Part shown: piece after piece, positions 9,352 to 19,594 of the stretch
How the letters are laid out: each line of letters starts with the position of its first letter
Numbering within the stretch: position 1 is the stretch's first letter
NCBI GenBank assembly: GCA_034667405.1
Contig: JAXDJX010000019.1
Coordinates: forward strand, 1,620 to 65,619
Reading direction: 5' to 3'
Origin: Actinomycetota bacterium
GTDB taxonomy: Bacteria > Actinomycetota > UBA4738 > HRBIN12
Length of the DNA stretch: 64,000 nt
Notes under the pieces: generated by a model
The model's input: only the letters and a program-made list of their open reading frames with translations
Told to the model about the DNA's origin: nothing
Databases searched by the model: none
Program-made: the position numbers and the translations under genes

Positions 9352-10617
9352 CTACTCGGGAGGCTCGGGGTCCGAACCCCCCGCCGGCTCGACGCGGCCC
9401 TCCTCGCCCTGATGCGAGGGCTCGTAGTACGGGGTTCCCTGGTAGCGAACGGGCCGATACGCCTGGTCAACGGTGTGCCCGGGATAGTCGTGCGGGTACT
9501 TGTACCCTTCGCCGTGGCCAAGTTTGCGTGCCCCCGGATAGCTGGTGTCGCGCAGGTGCGTGGGCACCGGGTCGGCGCTGATCGCGTCCTCCATGGCGCG
9601 GTTCAACGCGGTGTAGACGCTGTTGGATTTCGGGGCGAGGGCCAGATAGATCGCCGCCTCGGCCAGGTTCAGGCGCGCTTCTGGAAGTCCGACATGTTCG
9701 ACCGCCTGAGCGGCGGCAACCGCGATCTGGAGGGCTCGTGGGTCGGCGAGGCCGATGTCCTCGCTCGCGTGCACGATCATGCGACGAGCGATGAACCTGG
9801 CGTCCTCCCCCGCCTCCAGCATCCGAGCGAGCCAGAAGAGGGTCGCGTCGGGATCCGATCCCCGGATCGACTTGATGAACGCGCTGATGACGTCGTAATG
9901 CGCGTCCCCTTGGCGGTCATACACCACGGCCTTCCGTTGGACCGCGTCGGCCGCCAGTTCGCGCGTGATGGTGGTCACGCCGGCACTCTCTGCGGCCAGG
10001 GCGGCTGCGTCGAGCCCGGTCAGCGCCATGCGCGCGTCGCCCCCCGAGATCTCCGAAAGGTGGTCCAGGGCCTCGTCCTCGATGGAGAGACCCAGCGAAC
10101 CCACGCCGCGATCGGTGTCCGCGAGCGCCCGCTTGAGCAGGTCGACCACCTCTGTCTTCGCGAGGGGCTCGAGCCGGAGCAGGAGACACCGGGAGAGCAA
10201 CGGACCGTTGAGCGAGAAGTACGGATTCTCGGTGGTGGCCCCGATCAGCGTGACGGTACCGGCCTCGACTGCCGGAAGGAGGACGTCTTGCTGCGCCTTC
10301 GACCACCGGTGAACCTCGTCGACGAAGAGCACCGTTCTGAACATTCCGCCGCTTGCGCCATCCATCACCTTCCGAGCGTCGGCCACCCCGGAATTCACCG
10401 CGGACAGCTGCATGAGCTGCGCGGATACCGCGTCCGCAAGGAGCCGGGCCAACGTGGTCTTTCCAGTCCCGGCCGGTCCCCACAGGATGATCGAAGGGAG
10501 GTGTCCTTTCTGGATGAGCTTGGAGAGCACCTTGCCCTCTCCCACCAGATGGCTCTGCCCAACGAACTCATCGAAGGTCCGCGGGCGCATCCGTGCGGCC
10601 AGAGGCTCCTCGGGCAT
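9352..10617 (-). CDS. rarA: Replication-associated recombination protein A (RarA/MgsA AAA+ ATPase)
   Basis: 421 aa. Walker A GPAGTGKTTLA, Walker B LFVDEVHR, and the MgsA C-terminal helical lid (DAHYDVISAFIKSIRGSD). Confidence 0.9.
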   Translation of the reverse strand: MPEEPLAARMRPRTFDEFVGQSHLVGEGKVLSKLIQKGHLPSIILWGPAGTGKTTLARLLADAVSAQLMQLSAVNSGVADARKVMDGASGGMFRTVLFVDEVHRWSKAQQDVLLPAVEAGTVTLIGATTENPYFSLNGPLLSRCLLLRLEPLAKTEVVDLLKRALADTDRGVGSLGLSIEDEALDHLSEISGGDARMALTGLDAAALAAESAGVTTITRELAADAVQRKAVVYDRQGDAHYDVISAFIKSIRGSDPDATLFWLARMLEAGEDARFIARRMIVHASEDIGLADPRALQIAVAAAQAVEHVGLPEARLNLAEAAIYLALAPKSNSVYTALNRAMEDAISADPVPTHLRDTSYPGARKLGHGEGYKYPHDYPGHTVDQAYRPVRYQGTPYYEPSHQGEEGRVEPAGGSDPEPPE

Positions 10618-10619
10618 CG

Positions 10620-11006
10620 CTACCCCAACACGACGATCCGCTCGGGCTTGATCCGGACGATCACCCGGACATCACCGGGAAGGTGCGGGGCATCCGTGCC
10701 TTCGTAGGCCTGCCACAGTTCGTCGTCGTGGGCATCGGCTCCGTCGTGAGACTCCCCAACAACCACGCCTCGCATCGCGACGGCCAGTGAGGGTGTAGTT
10801 CCGGCATCCACCGAGAGCGCCACCCGGGGATCGCGTCGCATGTTCGCGAGCTTCGCCGTCCCTTCGGAGGTGTTGATCCAGATCTCCTCATCGTGGACGC
10901 TGAGCCACAGTGGGGCGACATGCGGAGAGCCATCGGCTCGAAGGGTGGCGAGATGGCCGACGTTCGGTGCGCCGCAGAGCTGTTCGACCGTGTCCCAACC
11001 CGTCAT
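10620..11006 (-). CDS. Pyridoxamine 5-phosphate oxidase-like (PPOX class, probable F420-dependent) small enzyme
   Basis: About 128 aa starting MTGWDTVEQL...GHLATLRADGSPHVAPLW...RRDPRVALSV, the split-barrel PNPOx-like fold. Its ATG overlaps the TGA of the upstream paralog (ATGA). Confidence 0.7.
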   Translation of the reverse strand: MTGWDTVEQLCGAPNVGHLATLRADGSPHVAPLWLSVHDEEIWINTSEGTAKLANMRRDPRVALSVDAGTTPSLAVAMRGVVVGESHDGADAHDDELWQAYEGTDAPHLPGDVRVIVRIKPERIVVLG

Positions 11007-11398
11007 GGGTAACGGATGATGCGCTCGGGACGGATCCTGTAGAGGACGCGGACCTCGTTGGGCCTGAACGCCCAGGGCTCGTCGTGGTACTTGCGGCTGA
11101 GCATGTCCATATTCTGGTCCGCCTCGGGCCCGGTCACACGATCGCGCACCACGCCGCGCACGGCGACGAACCGGTATGGATCGTTCTGGTCGTGCACGCT
11201 CACGCTCACCCGCGGGTCGCGTTGGACCTCGCGATCCTTCACGCGCCCGGCAGCCGTGTTGACGAGGACGTCGGTGTCGTCGGCGTGAACCCACACAACC
11301 GTCACGTGCGGGTAACCGTCCTCTCCGTTGACCCCGAAGTGCGCCCAGTTCATCCCTTGCAACAGTGTGAGATCGGGCGCGGTCAACTGGTCGGCCAC
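11003..11398 (-). CDS. Pyridoxamine 5-phosphate oxidase-like (PPOX class) paralog
   Basis: About 131 aa from a GTG start (VADQLTAPDLTLLQGMNWAHFGVNGEDGYPHVTVVWV...QRDPRVSVSV). Same family as the downstream gene. The start abuts the aspS stop. Confidence 0.7.
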   Translation of the reverse strand: MADQLTAPDLTLLQGMNWAHFGVNGEDGYPHVTVVWVHADDTDVLVNTAAGRVKDREVQRDPRVSVSVHDQNDPYRFVAVRGVVRDRVTGPEADQNMDMLSRKYHDEPWAFRPNEVRVLYRIRPERIIRYP

Positions 11399-11399
11399 G

Positions 11400-13166
11400 T
11401 CAGCTTTCCCTCGGTTCGTCGAGGTGGATGCCCAGTTCGCGAAGCTGCTTGTCGGAAACGGTGGCAGGCGCACCCGTGAGGGGATCGGCCCCCGACTGGG
11501 TCTTCGGGAACGCGATGACCTCGGTGATGGCCTCCTGATCGGCCAGCAGCATGACCACGCGGTCCCATCCGAAGGCCACGCCGCCGTGGGGCGGAGCTCC
11601 GTAGCGCAGCGCCTCCAGGAGGTGGCCGAACTTCCCATCGATCTCCGCCTGCTCCAGTCCGAGGATCTCGCAGACCCTGCGCTGGACCTCGGCCTGGTGG
11701 ATGCGGATGCTGCCTCCGCCCAATTCGAATCCGTTGAGCACCAGGTCGTAGCCGCGGGCGATCGCCGTCGCCGGATCGAGGTTGTCGGGATGCTTCGGCG
11801 CGGTGAACAGATGGTGCACGCTGGTCCAACGGGATTCTTCTTCGCTCCATTCGAAGAGCGGTGGGTCGGTCTGCCAACAGAACGCCCAGGCGCCGTCGGG
11901 GATCAGGTTCAAGCGCACGGCTAGCGAACGGCGAAGGCCGTCGAGCGCCACCGCCACACGGTCCGCCTTATCGGCGACGATGAGGATGAGGTCTCCGGTG
12001 TCTGCCTTCGTCTGCACCTTCACGGCGTCGAGTTCATCCGGCGTCAGGAACTTGGCCACCGGCGAGCGGAGTTCATGCTCTTCGACCACCATCCAGACGA
12101 GGCCGGCGGCACCGCGGCCCTTCGTGTCCTGCACCAGCGCGTCTAGCTCCTTGCGGGAGAGATCGCCGCCGCCCGGCGCACAGATCCCCTCGATCCGCCC
12201 ACCTGAGGAGAGCACGCCGGCGAACGCGTTGAAACCTGTGGTCGCGAACACACTTGCCAGGTCGACGAGCTCCATACCGTAACGAAGGTCCGGCTTGTCG
12301 GAACCGAAGCGCTCGATCATGTCGGCGTAGCTCATACGCGGGAAGGGAGCGGACACATCGACGCCGCGAAGCTCCTTGAGGAGCCGAACCATGAGCGGTT
12401 CGATCAGCTCGACGATGTCCTCCTCGTCGATGAAAGACATCTCGATATCCAACTGGGTGAATTCGAACTGTCGGTCCGCGCGCCCATCCTCGTCCCGGAA
12501 GCAGCGGACGATCTGGTAGTACCGATCTTGGCCGGCGATCATGAGGAGCTGCTTGAGCTGCTGCGGAGATTGCGGGAGCGCGTAGAACGACCCCTTCGAC
12601 AAGCGGGAAGGCACCAGGAAGTCGCGCGCGCCCTCGGGGGTGGAGCGCGTGAGGATCGGCGTTTCCACCTCGACGAAGCCACGTGCATTGAGGTGGTCCC
12701 GGGTGATCCGGCTGACGTCGTGACGCAACAGCATCCGCCTGGTCATCTCTGGCCGGCGGAGGTCCAGGTACCGGTACTTCAGGCGGAGCAGTTCGTTCGC
12801 CTCGGTGAAGTCCTCGATCTGGAACGGGGGGGTGTCGGCTTCCGCCAGGATCTCGAGCCCCGCGGCGGCAACCTCAATGTCGCCGGTAGGAAGTGCAGGG
12901 TTGACCATGCCCTCGGGACGGCCGCGAACGGCACCGGTCACGCGGATCACGTCTTCGGAGCCCAGACGCTGTGCGGCGGCGTGCGCTTCGGGAGCCTCGG
13001 TTGGGTGGAACACAACCTGCACCACGCCTTCGCGGTCGCGGAGATCGATGAACGTGACCCCGCCATGGTCGCGCCGATGTGCCACCCAGCCGCAGAGCGC
13101 CACATCCTGACCGGCGTCGCTCCCACGAAGGGCACCGCACGCATGGGTTCGCATGGAGGTTCGCAT
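11400..13166 (-). CDS. aspS: Aspartate--tRNA ligase
   Basis: 588 aa. Anticodon-binding OB fold, class II motifs (FRDEDLRADRQPEFTQLD, GGGSIRIH) and the GAD insertion domain. Confidence 0.95.
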   Translation of the reverse strand: MRTSMRTHACGALRGSDAGQDVALCGWVAHRRDHGGVTFIDLRDREGVVQVVFHPTEAPEAHAAAQRLGSEDVIRVTGAVRGRPEGMVNPALPTGDIEVAAAGLEILAEADTPPFQIEDFTEANELLRLKYRYLDLRRPEMTRRMLLRHDVSRITRDHLNARGFVEVETPILTRSTPEGARDFLVPSRLSKGSFYALPQSPQQLKQLLMIAGQDRYYQIVRCFRDEDGRADRQFEFTQLDIEMSFIDEEDIVELIEPLMVRLLKELRGVDVSAPFPRMSYADMIERFGSDKPDLRYGMELVDLASVFATTGFNAFAGVLSSGGRIEGICAPGGGDLSRKELDALVQDTKGRGAAGLVWMVVEEHELRSPVAKFLTPDELDAVKVQTKADTGDLILIVADKADRVAVALDGLRRSLAVRLNLIPDGAWAFCWQTDPPLFEWSEEESRWTSVHHLFTAPKHPDNLDPATAIARGYDLVLNGFELGGGSIRIHQAEVQRRVCEILGLEQAEIDGKFGHLLEALRYGAPPHGGVAFGWDRVVMLLADQEAITEVIAFPKTQSGADPLTGAPATVSDKQLRELGIHLDEPRES

Positions 13167-13167
13167 G

Positions 13168-14439
13168 TCAGCTGGTCCAGTCGTCGAGGCGGGTCAGCCA
13201 CCCTACGGCATCGCTCGCAGGCACGGTCTTCTGGATCCCGTCGGCGAGCCGCTTGAGGGTGATCACGCCCTCCGCCAGCTCGCGCTCCCCCACGATCGCG
13301 ACGAACGACGCCTGGGCACGATCGGCCATCTTCATCTGCGCCTTCATGGGTCGATCCTCGAACGCGGTCGACGCCGCGAGACCGGCATCTCTGAGCTCAT
13401 CAACGAACGCGGCGGCGGAGGCACGTGCTGCCTCCCCGACCGCCACCACGAAGCAGCGGAGACCTCTCGGCTCCGGCAGCGGGACACTCTCACCCTCCAT
13501 CGCCAACAGGACGCGATCCAGACCCATCGCGAATCCGACACCGGGGGTCGGCGGTCCGCCGAGGACCTCGGCCAAGCCGTCATATCGCCCGCCCCCGCAG
13601 ACCGTGGCCTGCGCCGCAGAGAGCGCTCCCGACACGAACTCGAACACCGTCCGCGTGTAGTAATCCAGCCCGCGGACCAAGCGAGGGTCGTGCTCGTAGG
13701 GCATCCCCGCCCGATCGAGCCCCGCCAGGAGGGAAGCGAGATGCTCCCTGCAAGGCTCGCAGAGGTGATCGCTGATGACGGGCGCATCCAACACGAAGGA
13801 CTTCTTCCCGTCGACCTTGCAGTCCAAGATCCGAAGAGGGTTGGACTGCAATCGTTGTTGGCAATCCTCGCAGAGCTGCTCTCGGTGAGGTTCCAGATGG
13901 CCGATGAGGAGCTTCCGATAGGCAGGCCGGCACACCTGGTCGCCGATCGAGTTGACGAAGAGGGTTGTCTTCGTGAGACCTCGTTCGCGCAAGTAGCGAT
14001 CGGTGAGCGCGATGACCTCGACATCGGCATCCGCTCCGTCGACGCCGATGATCTCCACACCGAACTGACGGAGCTCACGGAGACGGCCCGCCTGGGGTCG
14101 TCCGTGACGGAACTGCGATCCCACGTAGTAGGCCATGAACGGGAGCGGAAGATCATGTGCGTTGCTGAGGTAGGCCCGCACGACCGAGGCGGTGGTTTCG
14201 GGCCGCAGCGTGATCGACCGGCCGCCTTTGTCCAGGAACGTGTACATCTCCTTCGACACCACGTCCGAGGTGCTGCCGGCAGCCCTCGCGAACAGCTCCG
14301 TGTGCTCGAACATCGGGGTTTCCACGTAGCGGAATCCGAAGAGCCGAGCGGACCGGTGCGCGGCCTCATAGAGCGCCAACATCGCCTCTGATCGCGGCGG
14401 CAGCAGATCCTGGGTTCCCCGGGGGGAGACCAGGTCCAT
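13168..14439 (-). CDS. hisS: Histidine--tRNA ligase
   Basis: 423 aa. HisRS motifs (GTQDLLP, RYVETPMFE, YYTRTVFEF, GGGRYDGL) plus a C-terminal anticodon-binding domain. Confidence 0.95.
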   Translation of the reverse strand: MDLVSPRGTQDLLPPRSEAMLALYEAAHRSARLFGFRYVETPMFEHTELFARAAGSTSDVVSKEMYTFLDKGGRSITLRPETTASVVRAYLSNAHDLPLPFMAYYVGSQFRHGRPQAGRLRELRQFGVEIIGVDGADADVEVIALTDRYLRERGLTKTTLFVNSIGDQVCRPAYRKLLIGHLEPHREQLCEDCQQRLQSNPLRILDCKVDGKKSFVLDAPVISDHLCEPCREHLASLLAGLDRAGMPYEHDPRLVRGLDYYTRTVFEFVSGALSAAQATVCGGGRYDGLAEVLGGPPTPGVGFAMGLDRVLLAMEGESVPLPEPRGLRCFVVAVGEAARASAAAFVDELRDAGLAASTAFEDRPMKAQMKMADRAQASFVAIVGERELAEGVITLKRLADGIQKTVPASDAVGWLTRLDDWTS

Positions 14440-14440
14440 C

Positions 14441-15064
14441 TCAGACCACCAGACCCTGCAGGAACGGGTTCTCGGCGCGCTCGCGCCCCACCGAGGTGGC
14501 GGGACCGTGACCCGGGTAGACGGGCAGATCGTCGCGCAAAGTCACGAACCAGCCCAGGCTGGCGCGCATCGCCTCCGCGTCGCCGTTGGCGAAGTCCGTT
14601 CGTCCGACAGAGCCCGCGAACACCAGGTCGCCGGCGAACAGCTGCGCGTCGGTGAGGAAGGCGCAGTGGCCCGGCGTGTGGCCCGGCGTGTGGACCGTCT
14701 CCAACGAGAACCCGTCGAAATCCAATACCTGGCCGTGTGTCAGCGTTCGGAGATCGGCCACGGGCTCGAGCGGGTTCCCGAAGCCCGGGTTCCACGCGTC
14801 GATGTCGGTGAAGGCGATGGCATCGTCGGTGTGGATGTAGACCGGGACGTCGTCGCCGGCCAGGATCCCCGCCTCTCGCGCGTGGTCGACGTGCGCATGG
14901 GTCAAGACGATGGCCGCGAGCTGCTTCCCGTGGTTCTCGAGCCGCCCAAAGACCTCCGCCGCGCCGAAGCCCAGGTCGACGATGACTACCTGGTTACTCT
15001 CGGCTGTGGAGAGCACCCAGTAGTTCGTGCCCCAGGGGTTCTGATCGAAGACATCGATGTCCAT
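14441..15064 (-). CDS. MBL-fold metallo-hydrolase (glyoxalase II-like)
   Basis: 207 aa with the THAHVDH metal-binding motif and downstream HTPGHTPGH and D ligands. Confidence 0.8.
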   Translation of the reverse strand: MDIDVFDQNPWGTNYWVLSTAESNQVVIVDLGFGAAEVFGRLENHGKQLAAIVLTHAHVDHAREAGILAGDDVPVYIHTDDAIAFTDIDAWNPGFGNPLEPVADLRTLTHGQVLDFDGFSLETVHTPGHTPGHCAFLTDAQLFAGDLVFAGSVGRTDFANGDAEAMRASLGWFVTLRDDLPVYPGHGPATSVGRERAENPFLQGLVV

Positions 15065-15100
15065 GGAGCGCCATCTTACCGGCGGTGCTCGGGTGCCTTC

Positions 15101-15550
15101 TCAGGGAAGTTCGGCCGCGTCGATGACGAGCGTCACCGGGCCGTCGTTCAGCAGTTCGACCTGCATGTCGGCGCCGAAGACGCCTTGCCGGACCGGCACG
15201 CCCACGGCCTCCAGCGCGTTGGCGAACGCCTCCACCCGCGCAGCGGCGATCGCCGGATCCTCCGCCCCCGTCCAGGACGGACGCCGGCCCTTCCGGATGT
15301 CGCCGTAGAGCGTGAACTGACTCACGACCAGTACCTGGCCGTCCACATCGGGGAGCGCCAGATTCATCTTGCCCTCCGCGTCCGGGAAGACCCGGAGCGT
15401 CGAGATCTTCGTCGCGAGCTTCACCTCTTCACCCGGTGGATCACCCGTGCCGACGCCGACCAGGAGCAGGAACCCGCGGCCGATCTCTGCGACCACCGAT
15501 CCGGAAACGCTGACGGAGGCACGCGAGACGCGTTGGAGGACCACCCGCAT
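15101..15550 (-). CDS. dtd: D-aminoacyl-tRNA deacylase
   Basis: 149 aa. [13 protein letters not shown]...SQFTLYGD, the conserved Dtd SQFTL motif. Confidence 0.9.
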   Translation of the reverse strand: MRVVLQRVSRASVSVSGSVVAEIGRGFLLLVGVGTGDPPGEEVKLATKISTLRVFPDAEGKMNLALPDVDGQVLVVSQFTLYGDIRKGRRPSWTGAEDPAIAAARVEAFANALEAVGVPVRQGVFGADMQVELLNDGPVTLVIDAAELP

Positions 15551-15562
15551 CCGTGCGACGCC

Positions 15563-17872
15563 CTAGCTCGGGACGACCCGGTAGGTGTCGTAGACCCCTT
15601 CCACCCGCTTCACCGCGGCGAGCACGCTCGACAGATGTGCGATGTCGGCCATCTCGAAGGTGAACCGCAGTCGCGTGATCCGGTCGCGGCCCGTGGATGA
15701 GTTCGCGCTGAGGATATTGACGTGGCTGTCCGAGAGCACCGTCGCCACGTCGGAGAGCAACCTGGTTCGATCCAGTGCTTCCACCTGGATGGCCACGGTG
15801 AACGAGGTCGGTTTCCCCTCGGACCACGTGACCTCGATGATCCGTTCGGGTGCCTGCCGCAGCGAGCCCACGTTCGGACAGTCCGTTCGATGGACGCTCA
15901 CCCCCTGGCCCTTGGTGACGAACCCCAGGATGTCGTCGCCCGGAACCGGCGTGCAACACCGCGACAGCCGGACCCAGACGTCGGGCAGTCCCTTCACCAC
16001 GACGCCTTGACCGATCTCCTGCTTCCCGATCTTCACCGGGCGAGCGAGCGGCACTTCGGTCACGTCTTCGTCTGAATGGCCGGTGAGGAGGCGGGCGATC
16101 CGAGCCACGACCGACTGCGGGGACACATGTCCTTCCCCGAGCGCGACGTAAAGGTCTTCGAGCTTCGTGTACTTCAGTTCGTCGGCGACCTGGCTGAGCG
16201 TGTCTTCGGTCGCGAGCCGCTTGAACGGCAGGTTCTGCTTCCGCATGAGCCGCTGAAGCGCGTCCTTGCCCTGATCCAGGGCATCTTCGCGGCGCCCGCG
16301 GGTGAACCATTGCCGGATCTTCGAACGAGCCCGCGGCGTCTGCACGAACTGGAGCCAGTCCTGGCTGGGGCCTTCGCCCTGGGCTTTGGACGTGAGGATG
16401 TCGACGGTGTCACCGGTCCGAAGCTCGTAGTCGAGCGGCACCAACTTCCCACCGACCTTCGCACCGACGGTTCGGTGGCCGACCTCGGTGTGGATGGCGT
16501 AGGAGAAGTCCACCGGCGTGGCGCCGAGCGGCAGATTCACCACGTCACCCTTCGGCGTGAACACGAACACACGGCCACCGGACAGGTCGATCTTCAACGA
16601 ATCCATGAACTCGCGCGGATCGGCCATGTCCTTCAGCCAATCCATCATCTGGCTCAGCCAGGCGAGGTCGGCGGCGTCGCGGCGCTCTTTGACCCCTTCC
16701 TTGTAGCGCCAGTGCGCGGCGATGCCGTACTGGGCGGTTCGGTGCATGTCCCGGGTGCGGATCTGGATCTCGAGCGGTCGACCGGCCGGGCCTACCACCG
16801 TGGTGTGCAGGGACTGGTACATGTTCGACTTGGGCATGGCGACGTAATCCTTGAAGCGTCCGGGGACGGGCTTCCATAACGCGTGAACGGCACCGAGCGC
16901 TCCGTAACAGTCCTTGAGTGACTCAACCTGGATCCGCACTCCCACCAGGTCGAAGATCTCGTTGAACTCCTTGCCGCGGATGACCATCTTCTCGTAGATG
17001 GAATACAGGTGCTTCGGACGGCCGTCCACGTCTGCCTTGATGCCGAGTTCCTTCAGCTTCGTTCGGAGTGACTCGGTCACCTCGTTGATGAGAGCCTGTC
17101 GTTCGCCGCGGCGGTTCTCGACGAGGTTGGCGATCTCCCGGTACGGACCCGGATGCAGCGCCTTGAACGAGAGGTCTTCGAGTTCCCATTTGATCTCCTG
17201 CACGCCGAGCCGGTTCGCGAGCGGTGCGTAGATCTCGAGTGTCTCCGTCGCGATCCTCCGTTGCTTCTCCCGCGTGAGAGGAGCCAGGGTTCGCATGTTG
17301 TGCAGGCGGTCGGACAGCTTGATCAGCAGGACGCGGATGTCGCCCGCCATCGCCACGATCATCTTGCGAACGTTCTCGGCCTGCTCTTGTTCGCGGCTCC
17401 TGAACTCCAGTTTGTCCAGCTTCGTCAGTCCGTCCACGATCCCTGCGACCTCGGTGCCGAACTGCTCTTCCAGCTGGGCGATGGTCACCGAGGTGTCCTC
17501 GACGGTGTCATGCAGAAGGGCCGCCTCGAGGCTCGTCGTGTCCAGGTGGAGTTGTGCTGCGATCCGCGCGACGGCAAGCGGATGCTCGATGAACTCCTCG
17601 CCGGACTTCCGCCGCTGCCCCTCGTGGGCCACCTCGGCGAACCGAAAGGCGCGCTCGATCTCCTTCAGGTCGGCCTTCTGGTTGTAGGCGCGCACGTCCC
17701 GCAGCAGTGGGTCTACGCGGGTGGGCCTCTCCGCGCGACGGCGGCGAGGCCGAGGGATCCGCCCACCCCGCCGTTGTGCCGGCGGTTCCGGGCCGATGGA
17801 CTCGCCTGCGGGCGACGGCTGGTCAGCGGCTTCCGGTGAGGGTTCGACCTTCACCCGTTCCTGCTCGTCCAC
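15563..17872 (-). CDS. relA: Bifunctional (p)ppGpp synthetase/hydrolase RelA/SpoT (Rel)
   Basis: 769 aa. HD hydrolase domain (HPLAVA...HDTVEDT), synthetase domain (RFKDYVAMPKSNMYQSLHTTV), and TGS and ACT C-terminal domains. Confidence 0.95.
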   Translation of the reverse strand: MDEQERVKVEPSPEAADQPSPAGESIGPEPPAQRRGGRIPRPRRRRAERPTRVDPLLRDVRAYNQKADLKEIERAFRFAEVAHEGQRRKSGEEFIEHPLAVARIAAQLHLDTTSLEAALLHDTVEDTSVTIAQLEEQFGTEVAGIVDGLTKLDKLEFRSREQEQAENVRKMIVAMAGDIRVLLIKLSDRLHNMRTLAPLTREKQRRIATETLEIYAPLANRLGVQEIKWELEDLSFKALHPGPYREIANLVENRRGERQALINEVTESLRTKLKELGIKADVDGRPKHLYSIYEKMVIRGKEFNEIFDLVGVRIQVESLKDCYGALGAVHALWKPVPGRFKDYVAMPKSNMYQSLHTTVVGPAGRPLEIQIRTRDMHRTAQYGIAAHWRYKEGVKERRDAADLAWLSQMMDWLKDMADPREFMDSLKIDLSGGRVFVFTPKGDVVNLPLGATPVDFSYAIHTEVGHRTVGAKVGGKLVPLDYELRTGDTVDILTSKAQGEGPSQDWLQFVQTPRARSKIRQWFTRGRREDALDQGKDALQRLMRKQNLPFKRLATEDTLSQVADELKYTKLEDLYVALGEGHVSPQSVVARIARLLTGHSDEDVTEVPLARPVKIGKQEIGQGVVVKGLPDVWVRLSRCCTPVPGDDILGFVTKGQGVSVHRTDCPNVGSLRQAPERIIEVTWSEGKPTSFTVAIQVEALDRTRLLSDVATVLSDSHVNILSANSSTGRDRITRLRFTFEMADIAHLSSVLAAVKRVEGVYDTYRVVPS

Positions 17873-17953
17873 GCGTGCCTCCTCCCATCAAGTGTACGGA
17901 AGGGACGGCGTAGGACAGGGACGGGACCCGGCCGGCAGGGATCTGCCGGGCGA

Positions 17954-18475
17954 CTAGTAGTGGAGCAGGCTGAAGACGTCGTGGCCGGGGAGCTTGTCCC
18001 GGCCGTGGAGGAAGTCGAGTTCGATCATGCAACTGATGCCGGCCACCCTGCCGCCGATCTGCTCGATCAGCGAGGCCGCAGCCGCGGCCGTTCCACCCGT
18101 GGCCAGAACGTCGTCAACGATGAGCACCCTTTCGCCGGGGGCTACCCCATCACGGTGGAGTTCGAGCGTCGCGGTTCCGTATTCGAGTTCGTACGCCTCC
18201 TCCACGGTGTCCCACGGGAGTTTGCCCTGCTTGCGGATCGGCACGAAGCCGGCGCCGAAGTGATACGCCACCGGCGACGCCAGGATGAACCCACGGGCTT
18301 CGATCCCGACCACCTTGTCGATGTTCCCGCGACCGAAGTGCACCACGATGAGGTCGGTGATGGTCGAGAATGCGATCGGGTCCGCCAACACGGGCGTGAT
18401 GTCTTTGAAGACGATGCCGGGCTCCGGGAAGTCGGGGACATCGCGGATCAACGCCTTGATCGCCTCGAGATCCAC
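17954..18475 (-). CDS. apt: Adenine phosphoribosyltransferase
   Basis: 173 aa, PRPP-binding motif VLIVDDVLATGGTAAA. Confidence 0.9.
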   Translation of the reverse strand: MDLEAIKALIRDVPDFPEPGIVFKDITPVLADPIAFSTITDLIVVHFGRGNIDKVVGIEARGFILASPVAYHFGAGFVPIRKQGKLPWDTVEEAYELEYGTATLELHRDGVAPGERVLIVDDVLATGGTAAAAASLIEQIGGRVAGISCMIELDFLHGRDKLPGHDVFSLLHY

Positions 18476-18478
18476 CTG

Positions 18479-19594
18479 CTATCTCCGCTTCTTCTTCGCC
18501 GGCGGCTTCCGCTTGCTCTTCGGACGAGTGCCGGAGCCGGCGCCCGTTCGAGCGGTGACACGCTGAGCCGCCTGATCCGACGTTCGCGCCGTGGCTGCGG
18601 TTGCCGAGACAGCGGCCGCTTCCTCGACGGCGGGCTCCCCCGCCGTCATCCGGCGGAGCCGGCGCTCCTCCATCTGGCGGATCTTCGGGTCGCGTTCCTT
18701 CACCATGCTTAGTACCGGTGCCGCGATGAAGATCGATGAGTACGCGCCCGTCGTCACACCGACGAACATGGCGAACGCGAAGTCCTTGAGAGTGGCGCCG
18801 CCGAACAGGAGCAGCGACAGGATCGGCAGGAGCACCACGAGCGACGTGTTGACCGACCGCATGAGCACCTGGTTCAACGAACGGTCGACGACTCCCATGT
18901 ATCCCAGGCGGGTCAGTTGGGCGCTCGACTCGGTGTTCTCCTGGATCTTGTCGTAGATCACCACGGTGTCGTAGAGCGAGAACCCGAGGATCGTGAGGAC
19001 GGCGATCACGGTTGCGGGAGTGACCTCGCGTCCGACCAAGGCGTAGATACCGACGGTGATGATGATGTCGTGAAGCAGCGCGATCATGGCGCCGATGGCC
19101 ATCTGCAATTCGAACCGCATGGCGATGTAGATGCCGATGGCGACCAACACCAAGATGAGGCCCTTCAACGCTTTCGAGGAGATCTCGCTGCCCCACGTGG
19201 CGCTGAAACTGGTGGTGTTCACGTCGGCGGGGTCGATCCCGGCCTGCTTCGCAAGTGCCTGGGCAACCTTGTCCGTCTCGGCATTGTTCGCGAAGGCTCC
19301 GGTTCGGACCTGCACGTCGTTCCCGTTCACGATCTGCACCTGGGAATCAGACCGGCCGAGGGCCGCCAGCTGTGCCGTGATCTCCGGCACGGATAGGGGC
19401 TGCTGCAAGGTGTAAGTCACCTGAGAACCACCTTCGAAATCGATCGAGAAGTTCAGGTGCCGGATAGCGAGTCCGAGGAACGAGAGCGCGATGATGACGC
19501 CGGACAAGGCGAACCAACGGTTCCGAAGCTCGATGATCCTGAAGTGCGGGATGGTGTGCCCGCGGTAGGTGTCGATCGCGTGCCGGTAGTTCAT
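18479..19594 (-). CDS. secF: Protein translocase subunit SecF
   Basis: 371 aa. Multi-TM SecD/SecF-family C-terminal domain plus a basic C-terminal tail. Overlaps the secD stop by 4 nt. Confidence 0.9.
   Translation of the reverse strand: MNYRHAIDTYRGHTIPHFRIIELRNRWFALSGVIIALSFLGLAIRHLNFSIDFEGGSQVTYTLQQPLSVPEITAQLAALGRSDSQVQIVNGNDVQVRTGAFANNAETDKVAQALAKQAGIDPADVNTTSFSATWGSEISSKALKGLILVLVAIGIYIAMRFELQMAIGAMIALLHDIIITVGIYALVGREVTPATVIAVLTILGFSLYDTVVIYDKIQENTESSAQLTRLGYMGVVDRSLNQVLMRSVNTSLVVLLPILSLLLFGGATLKDFAFAMFVGVTTGAYSSIFIAAPVLSMVKERDPKIRQMEERRLRRMTAGEPAVEEAAAVSATAATARTSDQAAQRVTARTGAGSGTRPKSKRKPPAKKKRR

Noticed and set aside
13153-14795. Long alternative-frame ORFs (412 aa plus strand, 483 aa minus strand) overlapping hisS
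   Set aside because: They overlap the unambiguous hisS frame. Translations are Arg/Pro/Ser-rich with no domain signatures.
14507-19196. Several long ORFs (14507..15700 +, 18150..19196 -, 17153..17839 + and others) overlapping the MBL hydrolase, dtd, relA, apt and secF
   Set aside because: All are out of frame or antisense to recognisable conserved genes and have biased low-complexity composition.
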